Source: an uncultured Solirubrobacteraceae bacterium (GTDB lineage: Bacteria; Actinomycetota; Thermoleophilia; Solirubrobacterales; Solirubrobacteraceae). Taken from it: a stretch of DNA of 64,000 nt. Below the pieces are notes generated by a model. The model was not told the DNA's origin. It did not search any database and saw nothing but the letters and a program-made list of their open reading frames with translations. This document shows, one piece after another, positions 39,531 through 49,265 of the stretch. The first letter of the stretch is position 1, and each line of letters begins with the position of its first letter. The translations under genes were made by a program, and so were the position numbers. The stretch is taken from the NCBI GenBank assembly GCA_963826345.1, contig CAWGWU010000015.1, positions 40,536 to 104,535 of the forward strand. The letters run 5' to 3'.

Positions 39531-39664
39531 GACCTACCTCCAGTAGTCAGTACGCACCCGCTGCACGGGAGACCCGGGCACTACGGAGGAGTCCCTCTTC
39601 CCAAATCCTGAGAAACCCCCCACGGGCTTCATAGCCGTCTACCACACGCCGTATCGGGTGTCAA
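39531..39664 (-). promoter_or_regulatory. Conserved structured 5' leader, copy 2, with sigma70-like promoter
   Basis: Loop at 39598-39609; TTGACA (39659-39664), 17-nt spacer and TAGACG (39636-39641) just upstream of the conserved block. Confidence 0.7.
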
Positions 39665-39780
39665 TAAAAGAATCGCAAATTGCGGCCTTCCGATCGCCCG
39701 AAACCGGCCTCTGGAGCGGGTTCGCAGACGTGTCCAGGCGTGCTCGAGATACTGTTGGCCGTCTACTCGGGAGGTGGTGC

Positions 39781-40167
39781 GTGTTGGTTGCTGACAGGAA
39801 GGTTTCGGCGGTGCTGTGCTCGGCCGACCTGGCAAAGAGCCAGGAGTTCTACGAGCAGAAGGTCGGGTTGAAGCTGTCGCCCGCAACGATCCACAATCAC
39901 CTGCTGTTCGAGTGTGGTGACGGGACGACGCTGCTCGTCTACGGGCGGCCCTCCCCGAACCAGGCGGACCACACGCAGGTCCGCTTCTGGTCGGCTGACG
40001 TGCAGCAGGATGTCCGGGAGCTCTCGGCGAGGGGCGTGGTGTTCGAGGACTACGACTTCCCGGCCCTGAAAACCGTCGATCACGTCGCGACCACGGCCGG
40101 CGTCGGGAGGTCCGCGTGGTTCAAGGACCCCGACGGCAATACGCTGGCGCTGTTTCAGCCCGAGTAG
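39781..40167 (+). CDS. VOC/glyoxalase family protein
   Basis: DL..S.EFY...GL, L.ARGV.FEDY, AWFKDPDGN; GGAGG RBS. Confidence 0.9.
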   Translation: MLVADRKVSAVLCSADLAKSQEFYEQKVGLKLSPATIHNHLLFECGDGTTLLVYGRPSPNQADHTQVRFWSADVQQDVRELSARGVVFEDYDFPALKTVDHVATTAGVGRSAWFKDPDGNTLALFQPE

Positions 40168-40273
40168 CCGGGCGTACCGCGGCCGACGCCGCGCCGTGAT
40201 GTGCGCGAACTACTGACCGGACTGCGCGAAATGCACTGTCTCCCCCCTCGGCGGGCGCGCCGATGCGAGGCAC

Positions 40274-41494
40274 ATGCTAGACGGCGTAGAGGCCGGCGGA
40301 TCAGCGCCAGAGTTCGACATCGCGGAGGCACTCACCGCCCTCGTTGACGCGGGCGGATCGGACCTCTGCCTGAAGGTGGGCAACCGCCCGCTGATCCGTA
40401 TCGACGGCGACCTGCGAGCGATCGACCCCGCCGCCCCGGAACTCGAACCGGGCGACACGATGGAGGCGCTGCACGCCGTTCTCCCGGATGCCCGCGTGAA
40501 GGAATTCGAGACGCTGCGCGAGATCGATTTCGCCTATTCCGTCCCGCACCTCGCGCGCTTCCGAGTAAACGGGTATCTGCAGCGCGGGAGCGTCTCGATG
40601 GTCTTCCGCGTGGTCCCCAACGTGATCCGATCGCTGGACGACCTGGGCCTGCCCGCGGTGATCAAGCGCCTCTCGGAAGAGGAGCGCGGAATCGTGCTCG
40701 TGACGGGCACGACCGGATGCGGCAAGTCGACGACGCTCGCCGCGATGATCGAGCACATAAACGAGACGGCGTGCAAGCACATCATCACGATCGAGGACCC
40801 GATCGAGTACCTGCACGGCGACAAGCTCGCGGCGATCGACCAGCGCGAGGTCGGCGCCGACACCGACTCCTTCGCGACCGCGCTCCGCCGCGTGCTGCGC
40901 CAGGACCCGGACGTGATCCTGATCGGCGAGATCCGCGATGAGACCACGGTCCACACCGCGCTCGCGGCCGCTGAGACGGGACACCTGGTCCTGTCCACGG
41001 TGCACACGCTCGACGCGCCCGAGGCGATCAACCGGATCCTCGACTTCTTCCCGCCGAACCAGCATCAGCAGACGCGCGCGATGATCGCCGGGACGCTGAA
41101 GGGCATCGTCTCCCAGCGGCTCGTGCCGCGATCCGACGGGCATGGGCGCACCGCGGTCACCGAGATCCTCACGATGACCGGGCGGGTGCACGACCTGATC
41201 ATGGACCCGAAGCGGACCGGCGAGCTGCAGGACGTGATCGCCGAGGGTGCCTACTACGGCATGCAGACCTTCGACCAGGCCCTGTATGAGGCGGTCAGGG
41301 CGGGCACCGTGTCGATGCAGGACGGGATGCACTACGCGACCCGGCCGCATGACCTGAAGCTGCTGGTCGAAGCCGAGGGGCACCTGCACACGACGATGGA
41401 GGACCTGGAACAGGGGCAGTCCAGCGAGTCTGCCGGTCAGCGGCCGGCGCCTGCGCAACGGCCGCCGCGGGCACCGGGCCCGGTCGTCGTCTAG
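40274..41494 (+). CDS. pilT: PilT/PilU-family type IV pilus ATPase
   Basis: GTTGCGKST, TIEDPIE, LRQDPDVILIGEIRD, AETGHLV.ST.HT, GMQTFDQ. Confidence 0.9.
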   Translation: MLDGVEAGGSAPEFDIAEALTALVDAGGSDLCLKVGNRPLIRIDGDLRAIDPAAPELEPGDTMEALHAVLPDARVKEFETLREIDFAYSVPHLARFRVNGYLQRGSVSMVFRVVPNVIRSLDDLGLPAVIKRLSEEERGIVLVTGTTGCGKSTTLAAMIEHINETACKHIITIEDPIEYLHGDKLAAIDQREVGADTDSFATALRRVLRQDPDVILIGEIRDETTVHTALAAAETGHLVLSTVHTLDAPEAINRILDFFPPNQHQQTRAMIAGTLKGIVSQRLVPRSDGHGRTAVTEILTMTGRVHDLIMDPKRTGELQDVIAEGAYYGMQTFDQALYEAVRAGTVSMQDGMHYATRPHDLKLLVEAEGHLHTTMEDLEQGQSSESAGQRPAPAQRPPRAPGPVVV

Positions 41495-41517
41495 CTGCGC
41501 CGCGGAGTGGACGCTAG

Positions 41518-44478
41518 CTAGCGTGCTAGGACCGGCGAGGAGCCGAGCACGCGGCCGCCGGAGCCGAGCGCCTGCAGCTGCATGCTCGCGTATCGCTGCG
41601 GCAGCGGGATCGACGTCTCAAAGCCCGACCTGGGCGCCGTTGCGAGAACCGCGAGGCTGCCCGCGTCAGAACCGCCGAGGACCCTCCAGGCCGAGACGTC
41701 GGTGGCGCCGTTCCAGCTCGCGTAGACGGTGCTGTGGCCGTCCTTCTGCAGAGCCACGCCGGCTGGCGAGGACAGCGGCCTGCCGGTCCACTGCTCCAGG
41801 GTCGCACGGTAGGTGAGGTTCGGGCCCGGGAGTTCCCCTTCCATCAGCAGCCGGCCGGTGGGCCCGTACTCGGAGAAGTACGGTTCCGAGCCCCATCCGA
41901 CGAACACGTTCCCGTTCGGGAGCGGCTGCGCGTTGCCCATGTAAGCGGCGTCGAATCCCCCACCGCGGGTGTACTGCGAGACGAGCTTCGCGGTGTGGGT
42001 CTGCGCGTCAAGGCGCAGCACAAGAGCGCGCGATTCACCTGTCGCCGGGACGTAGGTCCCGCCTCCGGTGAGCTGGCAGCAGTGGTCGTCGTACAGGGTG
42101 ACGGTTCCGCCGGGCGCAAGGGCGACGTCGTGCTGCCATTGGAAGGCTGCGCCGGGCGCGAACTTGTAGCTGGAGCTCTTGCCACCGAGCGTCCACTGGA
42201 TCTGGCCGCTCGCGATGTTCACCATGTACGCGCCCCACGTGTTGCGCATCGAGACCAGGAAGGCGCCATTCCCGGTCACGTCGATCGAGTTGACGTGGTA
42301 GGCGTCCCACGGGAAGCCGTTGGTCGGCAGCGAAGCCTGGGACTCGCTGAGCGGTATGTGCTGAAGCGCGTCCCAGCTGTGCACGAGCCGGCCCGTCCTG
42401 AGGTTGTACTCCTGCACCGCCGAGTCGATCAGGGCGCCGTTGTAGGCACCGCCGTATCGCGAGAGGTCGATCGGGATGTTCTTGTTGGCTGTCACCCATG
42501 CGTTTTCTCCGCGGATCGCGAACTCATGGAGTGTGAGCACCCAGCCGCCCGTCGCTTTCAGCTTCGCGACCGTCTGGTAGTGCTGGTCGACGACGATGTC
42601 TTCGCCGCTTTCGGTCGCGCCGGTGTTCGTGACCGCGCCCTGCCACCAGGCCAGCGCAGGCTTGCCCTGGTAGGTCTGCAGGCTGAGGTTGGAGGCCACG
42701 AGCTTTTCCGGCACGGGCTGGAACCAAACGGGCTGCAGCGCGTTGTCGAGGATCAGGGGGCCGCTCTGGCCGACGATCTTCGGTTCGTTCAGGTCGTAGA
42801 AGTTCGCGGTGAAGATGAAACCGGGTGCCAGCTGGCTTTCCGGCGCGTGCAGGGTCCTGCGGATCTGCGGCGGGTGCAGCGAGGGCTCGGTTACGTAGCT
42901 GTAGGCGTCGTCCGTGGTGTAGGCACCGATCGCGGCGCCGCGGGAGCCGGCGAAGGCGATCGTGACCCCGATGAAACCCGCGAGGATGACGCCGATCGCG
43001 ACCGCGAAGCGCCTGACCGCGCCGCGTGTCGCGCTACCGGCGCGCGGCAGCGCCGTGAACGTGATCACGGCCGCGACGGCTGCCAGGACCGCCCCGAGCA
43101 GATACGCCAGCCGGAAGCCTTCGGTGAGGGCCTGGGAGACCTGGTGGCCGGCGCCGATCTGGTGGCTGGTCCGCTGCGTGGCCAGCGTGATCAGGATCGC
43201 GAGCCCGAGGCCCCCGCCTACCTGCCTTGAGGTGTTGACGAGGCCCGAGGCGAGACCGGTCTGCCCCTCCCTGGCGCCCTGGGTCGCGGCGATCGTGGAT
43301 GGAACGATCGACATCGCGATGCCGGCGGCCGTCAGGACTCCCGGGATGATCACGTACACCGCGGCGCTGCCGCTCGGTTCGATCTGCGTGAACAGCAGCA
43401 TCCCCGCGGTCATCATGATCAGGCCGCCGCCGAGCACGGCGCGCACTCCGAACACGCCCACGAGCCTCCCTGCACGCGAGGCGACGAGCATGATCGTTAG
43501 CGTCATCGGCAGGAACGTCAGGCCGGCGTCGAGCGGCGAGAGCCCGAGCACCTGCTGCATGTAGAGCGAGCTCACGAACCACATCGGGAACAGGGCGCCG
43601 CTGAACAGCAGCACGATCCCGTTCGCGGTCTTCAGGGGTTTCGAGAGCTCCTTGAAGGGGACCAGCGGCGCCGACGCGAAGCGCGACTCGATCACGGTGA
43701 AGGCGGCGAGGAGGAGCACGCCGAGAGCGATCGGCGCGAGCGCGGAGGATGATGTCCAGCCGTCCAGGCCGGCCTGCACCACACCGTAGACGAGCACCAT
43801 CTGGCCGATCGTCAGCGTCAGCGCGCCGGCCAGGTCGAAGCTCGCGCCATCCCTCTCGCGGCGGCGTTCGTTGACCACGGCGTAGGCGACGATCGCGGTC
43901 GCGATCCCGATCGGCGGGTTGATCAGCAGCACCCACCGCCAGCTGAGCAGTTCGGTGATGATGCCGCCGAGCAGCACGCCGGCCGCGCCGCCGAGCCCGT
44001 TCATCGCGGCCCACGTCCCGATCGCCCGGTGAAGCTTGGGGCCCGGCGGGAACGACGCCGTGATGATCGCGAGCGACGATGCCGCCATCAGCGCGCCGGC
44101 TATGCCCTGGGCGCCCCGGGCAGCCACCAGCACGACCTGTGTCGGCGCTAGGCCCCCGATCAGCGAGGTGACTCCGAACAGCACGAGCGCGACGACGAAC
44201 GTGCGGCGCTGACCGAAGTAGTCCACGGCGCGGCCGCCGAGCATCAGGAACCCGGCGAATGTGATCACGTAGGCATCGACGACCCATTGCAGATCGGGCG
44301 AGGAGAAACCGAGGCTCGACTGGATCGACGGCAGCGCCACGTTGACGATGCTCAGGTCGAGAATGACCATGAACTGCGCGACGCAGCAGACGGCCAGCAG
44401 CAGGCCCGGGCGCGAGCCCTCGCGGCCCTCGGCGGGCGGGCCGGTCACCTCTCCCGCCTCGGCGGCCTTGGTGCTCAT
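41518..44478 (-). CDS. DHA2 MFS transporter fused to an arylsulfotransferase (ASST-like) domain
   Basis: Single 986-aa ORF: MFS motifs (FMVILD.SIVNVALP, WVVDAY, INPPIG), extra TM, then HEF, DAYHVNSID and FQWQHD. Confidence 0.88.
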   Translation of the reverse strand: MSTKAAEAGEVTGPPAEGREGSRPGLLLAVCCVAQFMVILDLSIVNVALPSIQSSLGFSSPDLQWVVDAYVITFAGFLMLGGRAVDYFGQRRTFVVALVLFGVTSLIGGLAPTQVVLVAARGAQGIAGALMAASSLAIITASFPPGPKLHRAIGTWAAMNGLGGAAGVLLGGIITELLSWRWVLLINPPIGIATAIVAYAVVNERRRERDGASFDLAGALTLTIGQMVLVYGVVQAGLDGWTSSSALAPIALGVLLLAAFTVIESRFASAPLVPFKELSKPLKTANGIVLLFSGALFPMWFVSSLYMQQVLGLSPLDAGLTFLPMTLTIMLVASRAGRLVGVFGVRAVLGGGLIMMTAGMLLFTQIEPSGSAAVYVIIPGVLTAAGIAMSIVPSTIAATQGAREGQTGLASGLVNTSRQVGGGLGLAILITLATQRTSHQIGAGHQVSQALTEGFRLAYLLGAVLAAVAAVITFTALPRAGSATRGAVRRFAVAIGVILAGFIGVTIAFAGSRGAAIGAYTTDDAYSYVTEPSLHPPQIRRTLHAPESQLAPGFIFTANFYDLNEPKIVGQSGPLILDNALQPVWFQPVPEKLVASNLSLQTYQGKPALAWWQGAVTNTGATESGEDIVVDQHYQTVAKLKATGGWVLTLHEFAIRGENAWVTANKNIPIDLSRYGGAYNGALIDSAVQEYNLRTGRLVHSWDALQHIPLSESQASLPTNGFPWDAYHVNSIDVTGNGAFLVSMRNTWGAYMVNIASGQIQWTLGGKSSSYKFAPGAAFQWQHDVALAPGGTVTLYDDHCCQLTGGGTYVPATGESRALVLRLDAQTHTAKLVSQYTRGGGFDAAYMGNAQPLPNGNVFVGWGSEPYFSEYGPTGRLLMEGELPGPNLTYRATLEQWTGRPLSSPAGVALQKDGHSTVYASWNGATDVSAWRVLGGSDAGSLAVLATAPRSGFETSIPLPQRYASMQLQALGSGGRVLGSSPVLAR

Positions 44479-44554
44479 GGGCGCTCAGGCAACTGCGAAT
44501 CGCGCTGCGGACGCCTGGTAGGGTGAGCGCCGGAGCCCTCTAGGAGCCCGGCCC

Positions 44555-44728
44555 ATGAAACGAACGACACTGTCCGCCATCCTAACGCTAGTCGCCGTCC
44601 TGGCGACGACCTTCGCGGTGGCGGGCTGCGGTGGCGAAAGCGGCAGCTCCTCGACCTCCTCCTCGCCGGCGAAGACGACGACGCCCACGACGACGACCAC
44701 GAAGCACAAATCCAAACCGGCCTACTAG
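44555..44728 (+). CDS. 57-aa Ser/Thr-rich lipoprotein (not in the ORF track)
   Basis: AGGAG RBS at 44542-44546; MKRTTLSAILTLVAVLATTFAVAGC lipobox, then GGESGSSSTSSSPAKTTTPTTTTTKHKSKPAY. Confidence 0.75.
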   Translation: MKRTTLSAILTLVAVLATTFAVAGCGGESGSSSTSSSPAKTTTPTTTTTKHKSKPAY

Positions 44729-44783
44729 GCCCCGGCACTGCACCAGCTGCTCCCGTGGCGTCCGGGCGGCCGCGGAGCTCCCG

Positions 44784-46649
44784 TCATCCCGTCGCCAGCG
44801 CAGACGCGTAGCTGATCACGCGAACCGGCGCGGATGTGCCGATCACGCGACCCGCTGAATCCAGCGCCTGGACCTCGACGCCGGCCTGCTTGGTGGGGAG
44901 CGTGGCCGAGCTCTCAAAGCCGGCGGACGGGATCGTGGCCTGCGCCTTCAGCGACCCGGGCTTGCCTGCGAGGATGCGCCAGGCGGCGACCCCCGTCGCC
45001 CCGTTCCAGCTCGCGTGCACGATCGTCTCTTCCCCGGTGTTGTTGAGGCTCGCGAGCACGACCGGCGGCGCTGCGGGCGTCGCGCTCCAGGGGAAGCGGA
45101 ACGCCCTGTAGAAGGACATGTCCAGCGGCTGATGGGCGTCGAACACGAGCGATCCGCCCGGCGCGAACTCGCTGATCGCGGGAACGCCGCCGAAGCCGAC
45201 GAGGGTGTTCCCGTCTGCGAGCGTCTGCGCGTTGCCCTGGCTCGCCGCGAGGATCGGCGGCCCTGGGTGCGTGAGGGCCGAGGCGAGGGTCGCGGTGTGT
45301 GCCCGTTCGTCGAGCGTGATCCGCAGCGCACGCGACTGGCTGTGGATCGGCGGGTTCGAGCCGTCGTCGAAGAACGTGACCTGGCCATCCGCGAGCAGGC
45401 GCCCGTCGTGCTGCCAGGCCATCGTGGTGCCGGGGCCCATCCGGAACGAGCTGCGGTTACCTCCGAGCCTCCACACGATCGTGCCGGTGCCGCGCTGCAG
45501 CTGGTAGCCGGCCCAGGTGCTCCGAGCGGAGATCAGCAGGTTGCCGCTGGGCTCGGGGTCGACCGAGTTCAGATGGAAGTAGTCCCACGGCGTCGTGTCG
45601 TTGGGCACTTCGACTTCGGACTCCGCCGCGGCGACGTGGTCGAGGCTGTGCCATTCCCAGCGCACCAGGCCGGTGCGCATGTCGATCATCTGGATCGCCG
45701 TGTCCACGATCGCGCCGCTCCGGGACCCCTTGACCGGCGACAGGTCGCAGCGAATCGGGTTGTAGGCGGTGATGTAGGCGATGCCGTTCCGGGATAGCTG
45801 CAAGTCGTGCAGGTCGGCCTTCAGCCCGTTCCCGCCCGGGATCCTCGCGATCGTCTGGTACGCCGAGTTCATGACGATGTCTTCGCCCTGCCCGAAGCCG
45901 ATCGCGAGGACGCGCCCCTTCCACCAGGTGAGCACGCGCCGGCCGTTGTATTCCTGCTCGCTCAGGTTCTCTGCCGTTTCCCCGCCGGTCAGCCTCTGGA
46001 ACCACACGAGCCTGCCTGCCGGCGTGTAGATGAGCGGCCCATACTGGCCGGGCCCGGGCCCGTTCGTCGTGAGGATGTCTCCGGCCGCGGGGTCGTGGTC
46101 GGGCACGGTCACCGTGAGGACCGGCGGCTGCGCACCGGGCATCGTGTAGAAGCTCTGGACGTCGGCCGGCGCGGGTGTGGCATTGGGAAACCCCGGGTCG
46201 TTCGCGGTGGGATACGGGGTGCTGACGCGGAAGCGGAACTGCGCCTGCCTTCCGGCGATCACCGCGCTCACGGTGACGCGCTCGCCGGCGTCGAACGGCG
46301 CCGCGGGCGCGAAGCTGGCTCCGTCGCCCTGCGAGTAGGCGATGAGGTGGCCGGGATGACTTCCGCTCCTTTCGCCGTGCGCGGTGACGTTCTGGATCTC
46401 GCCCGCGGGCGCGCCGAGGAAGCTGATCTGGGTGCCGGGGTTCGCGCTCCCCGTTTCGGGCGCGGGTGAGACGTCGACGGCCGTGCCTGCGAGCGCGGCG
46501 CTGTGCTCGATGCTCGCCGGCAGACACGGCGGCGAGGACGCCTGGGCGCCGGCGCCGGACAGCCTGAGGCTGAACGAGCCGAGGACCACTGCGAGCACGG
46601 CCCAGGTGACGACGGCAACCCCGAGGATGATGAGTACGTAGCGGCGCAT
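44784..46649 (-). CDS. Exported/membrane-anchored arylsulfotransferase (ASST-like) family protein
   Basis: N-terminal TM and Ig-like region; DLHDL, DYFHLNSVD, WQHD, SQGNAQ, YRAFR, SWNGAT. Confidence 0.88.
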   Translation of the reverse strand: MRRYVLIILGVAVVTWAVLAVVLGSFSLRLSGAGAQASSPPCLPASIEHSAALAGTAVDVSPAPETGSANPGTQISFLGAPAGEIQNVTAHGERSGSHPGHLIAYSQGDGASFAPAAPFDAGERVTVSAVIAGRQAQFRFRVSTPYPTANDPGFPNATPAPADVQSFYTMPGAQPPVLTVTVPDHDPAAGDILTTNGPGPGQYGPLIYTPAGRLVWFQRLTGGETAENLSEQEYNGRRVLTWWKGRVLAIGFGQGEDIVMNSAYQTIARIPGGNGLKADLHDLQLSRNGIAYITAYNPIRCDLSPVKGSRSGAIVDTAIQMIDMRTGLVRWEWHSLDHVAAAESEVEVPNDTTPWDYFHLNSVDPEPSGNLLISARSTWAGYQLQRGTGTIVWRLGGNRSSFRMGPGTTMAWQHDGRLLADGQVTFFDDGSNPPIHSQSRALRITLDERAHTATLASALTHPGPPILAASQGNAQTLADGNTLVGFGGVPAISEFAPGGSLVFDAHQPLDMSFYRAFRFPWSATPAAPPVVLASLNNTGEETIVHASWNGATGVAAWRILAGKPGSLKAQATIPSAGFESSATLPTKQAGVEVQALDSAGRVIGTSAPVRVISYASALATG

Positions 46650-46801
46650 GGGCGGGTGCGGGGCCGGCCGGCGCGCGCCGTCGGGGCTCGCGTGGCCGAC
46701 CGCGAAGGGTGCCACATCTCCCCGCGGCGCACATAAGAGTTGCGTAGGTTCCTTGCGCGCCCTCTCGACGGGGCCGCACGGTACGGCAGGATGCACCGCA
46801 C

Positions 46802-47257
46802 ATGACGGCCCTGTATTTCGCCTACGGCAGCAACATGGACGGGCCCCACCTGCGCGATCACTGCCCGTCGGCCGTCTCTCTCGGCGCCGCGCGCCTCGAC
46901 GGGCACCGGCTCGCGTTTCTTCGGCGCTCTGCGCGAACGGGCACGGGCGTCGCGGATGTCGTGGTCGACCCGGGCGCGACGGTGTGGGGCGCCGTGTGGC
47001 AGATCGATGAGCGGGACCTGGGCGCGCTGGACCTCAAGGAGGGCGAGGGGCACGCGTATGCGCGGCGTGAGACGCTGGTGACGCTGCGCTCGGACGAAGC
47101 CGAGGTTCTGGTGCACGTGTACACCGTGATCTCCAAGAAGGACCACGAGGTGACCCCCTCGCGGGAGTACCTGCTGAGGATGATCACGGCGGCCGAGGGC
47201 CACCGCCTGCCTGCCGACTACGTCGCCGCGCTGAGGGCGCGGCCGTTCGAGGTGTGA
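46802..47257 (+). CDS. Gamma-glutamylcyclotransferase family protein
   Basis: YFAYGSNM, VWG.VW, LD.KEG, PS.EY. Confidence 0.9.
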   Translation: MTALYFAYGSNMDGPHLRDHCPSAVSLGAARLDGHRLAFLRRSARTGTGVADVVVDPGATVWGAVWQIDERDLGALDLKEGEGHAYARRETLVTLRSDEAEVLVHVYTVISKKDHEVTPSREYLLRMITAAEGHRLPADYVAALRARPFEV

Positions 47258-47363
47258 TGCGCTCCGATTCCCGGCGTGGGGCGGCCGGCGAGCCGGACAG
47301 GGCGCACGCAGACCCGGGCGCGCGCCTGCATCGGCGAGGACTCGGGCAATAATCACTGCTCAG

Positions 47364-49265
47364 ATGGCGGCTCGCGGACAAGCTGTTCAATACGAGGGCA
47401 GAACGGCGTGGGCTCGCAACCTCGCCAGCCCGGTTCGGGATTTCCTCGGAACGGAGACCGGCAGCGCGAGCGTGCTGCTCGGCGCCACGGTGGCGGCGCT
47501 GATCTGGGCCAACTCTCCGTGGCCGGACTCCTATCAGTCGGTGTGGAGCACGAAGCTGTCGATCACGATCGGCGGCGGCGGGATCTCGCTTGACCTGCGG
47601 GACTGGGTGAACGAGGGGCTGATGACGCTGTTCTTCCTGGTCGTGGGCCTGGAGGCGAAGAGGGAGCTCGACCTCGGCGAGCTCCGCGAGCGGCGCCGGA
47701 TCGCGATCCCCGTCCTCGCGGCGCTCGGGGGCATGGCGGTCCCGGTCGCGATCTTCCTCGCGCTGAACGCGGGCGGGGCGGGCGCGCACGGCTGGGGCAC
47801 GACCATGTCAACCGACACGGCCTTCGCGCTCGGCGCACTCGCGCTGCTGACACCTCGCGCCGCAACGAGGCTGCGGGTGTTCCTGCTGACGCTCGCCGTC
47901 GTGGACGACGTCGGTGCGCTGCTGGTGATCGCGACCGTCTACACCAGCCACGTGTCCGTTGCGGCGCTGGCGATCGCGGTGGCACTGTTCGCGGCCCTTC
48001 TGCTGCTCCGATATGCCCCGCAATGGCGGCGCCCACTGTCTGTGATCCTCGCGGCGGGCATGTGGCTCGCGCTCCTGGAATCCGGAGTCGACCCCGTGAT
48101 CTCCGGGCTCGCGATCGGGCTCGCGACGAGCGCCTATCCGCCGTCCCGGGAGGACCTCGAGCGGGCGACGGTCCTGACACGCTCCTTCCGCGAGCAGCCG
48201 ACCCCCGAGCTCGCGAGGTCGGCGCAGCAGGGCGTGATGGCCGCGATCTCCGCGAACGAACGGCTCCAGCACAGCCTGCATCCATGGACCGGCTACGTGA
48301 TCGTGCCGCTGTTCGCGCTTGCGAACGCGGGTGTGCACCTGACCGGAGGGCTGATCGAAAGGGCCGTGAGCTCACCCGTCACGATCGGAGTCCTCGCGGG
48401 CTACGTGATCGGCAAGCCGCTCGGGATCACCGGGGCCTCGTGGGTCGCCTCGCGCCCGGCGCTGCGCGGCCCGCGCTCGCCGCTCAGCCCTCCGCTGCTC
48501 GCCGCGGGCGGCGCCTTCGCAGGCGTCGGCTTCACCGTCTCCCTGTTGATAGCCGACCTCGCGTTCTCCGGTCCGCTGCTCGACGAGGCGAAGCTCGGCG
48601 CGCTGGCCTCGGTGGTACTCGCGCCGCTGGTCGGCTGGGCCGTGCTGCGTATCGTCCGCAGACTTCCCGCGCAGGTGCGCGCGCGCCAGATCTCCGGCAC
48701 CGCCGCGGACATCCTGGACCTCTCCGAGGACGTGGACCCGGAGCGCGACCACATCCGCGGCCCGCAGGATGCCCTGGTGACGATCGTCGAGTACGGGGAC
48801 TTCGAGTGCCCGTACTGCGGCCGCGCGGAGAGCGTCCTGCGCGAGCTGCTCGCGTCATCGACCGGCGACGAGGTCCGCTACGTGTGGCGGCATCTCCCCC
48901 TCAACGACGTGCACCCGAATGCGCAGCTCGCCGCAGAGGCGTCGGAGGCGGCCGCCGCCCAGGGACACTTCTGGGACATGCACGACACGCTGCTCGAGCA
49001 CCAGGGCGAACTGCGCGCCGCGGACGTCGCGGCCTACGCGAGCGAGCTGGGCCTGGACGCGGATCGGGTCACCGAGGATCTCCGGCGCCGCGAGCATGCC
49101 GCGCGCGTCAGCGAGGACGTCGCCAGCGCGGACGAGAGCGGCGTCTCGGGTACGCCGACCTTCTTCATCAACGGACGCCGGCACTACGGCACCTACGACA
49201 TCGACACCCTCAAGGCCGCGGTCCGCGCGGCGCGCAACCGTGCCGCGCTGGCCGTGAAGGCCTAG
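47364..49265 (+). CDS. nhaA: NhaA Na+/H+ antiporter fused to a DsbA-like thioredoxin domain
   Basis: NEGLM.LFF..VGLE.KRE, TDTAFA, VVDD, FALANAG; C-terminal GDFECPYC and GTPTFFING. Confidence 0.92.
   Translation: MAARGQAVQYEGRTAWARNLASPVRDFLGTETGSASVLLGATVAALIWANSPWPDSYQSVWSTKLSITIGGGGISLDLRDWVNEGLMTLFFLVVGLEAKRELDLGELRERRRIAIPVLAALGGMAVPVAIFLALNAGGAGAHGWGTTMSTDTAFALGALALLTPRAATRLRVFLLTLAVVDDVGALLVIATVYTSHVSVAALAIAVALFAALLLLRYAPQWRRPLSVILAAGMWLALLESGVDPVISGLAIGLATSAYPPSREDLERATVLTRSFREQPTPELARSAQQGVMAAISANERLQHSLHPWTGYVIVPLFALANAGVHLTGGLIERAVSSPVTIGVLAGYVIGKPLGITGASWVASRPALRGPRSPLSPPLLAAGGAFAGVGFTVSLLIADLAFSGPLLDEAKLGALASVVLAPLVGWAVLRIVRRLPAQVRARQISGTAADILDLSEDVDPERDHIRGPQDALVTIVEYGDFECPYCGRAESVLRELLASSTGDEVRYVWRHLPLNDVHPNAQLAAEASEAAAAQGHFWDMHDTLLEHQGELRAADVAAYASELGLDADRVTEDLRRREHAARVSEDVASADESGVSGTPTFFINGRRHYGTYDIDTLKAAVRAARNRAALAVKA

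Noticed and set aside
37090-39629. Paralog pair as an assembly duplication or a diversity-generating retroelement TR/VR pair
   Set aside because: The copies differ by many synonymous changes and in-frame indels, the differences are not adenine-specific, and no reverse transcriptase is present in the window
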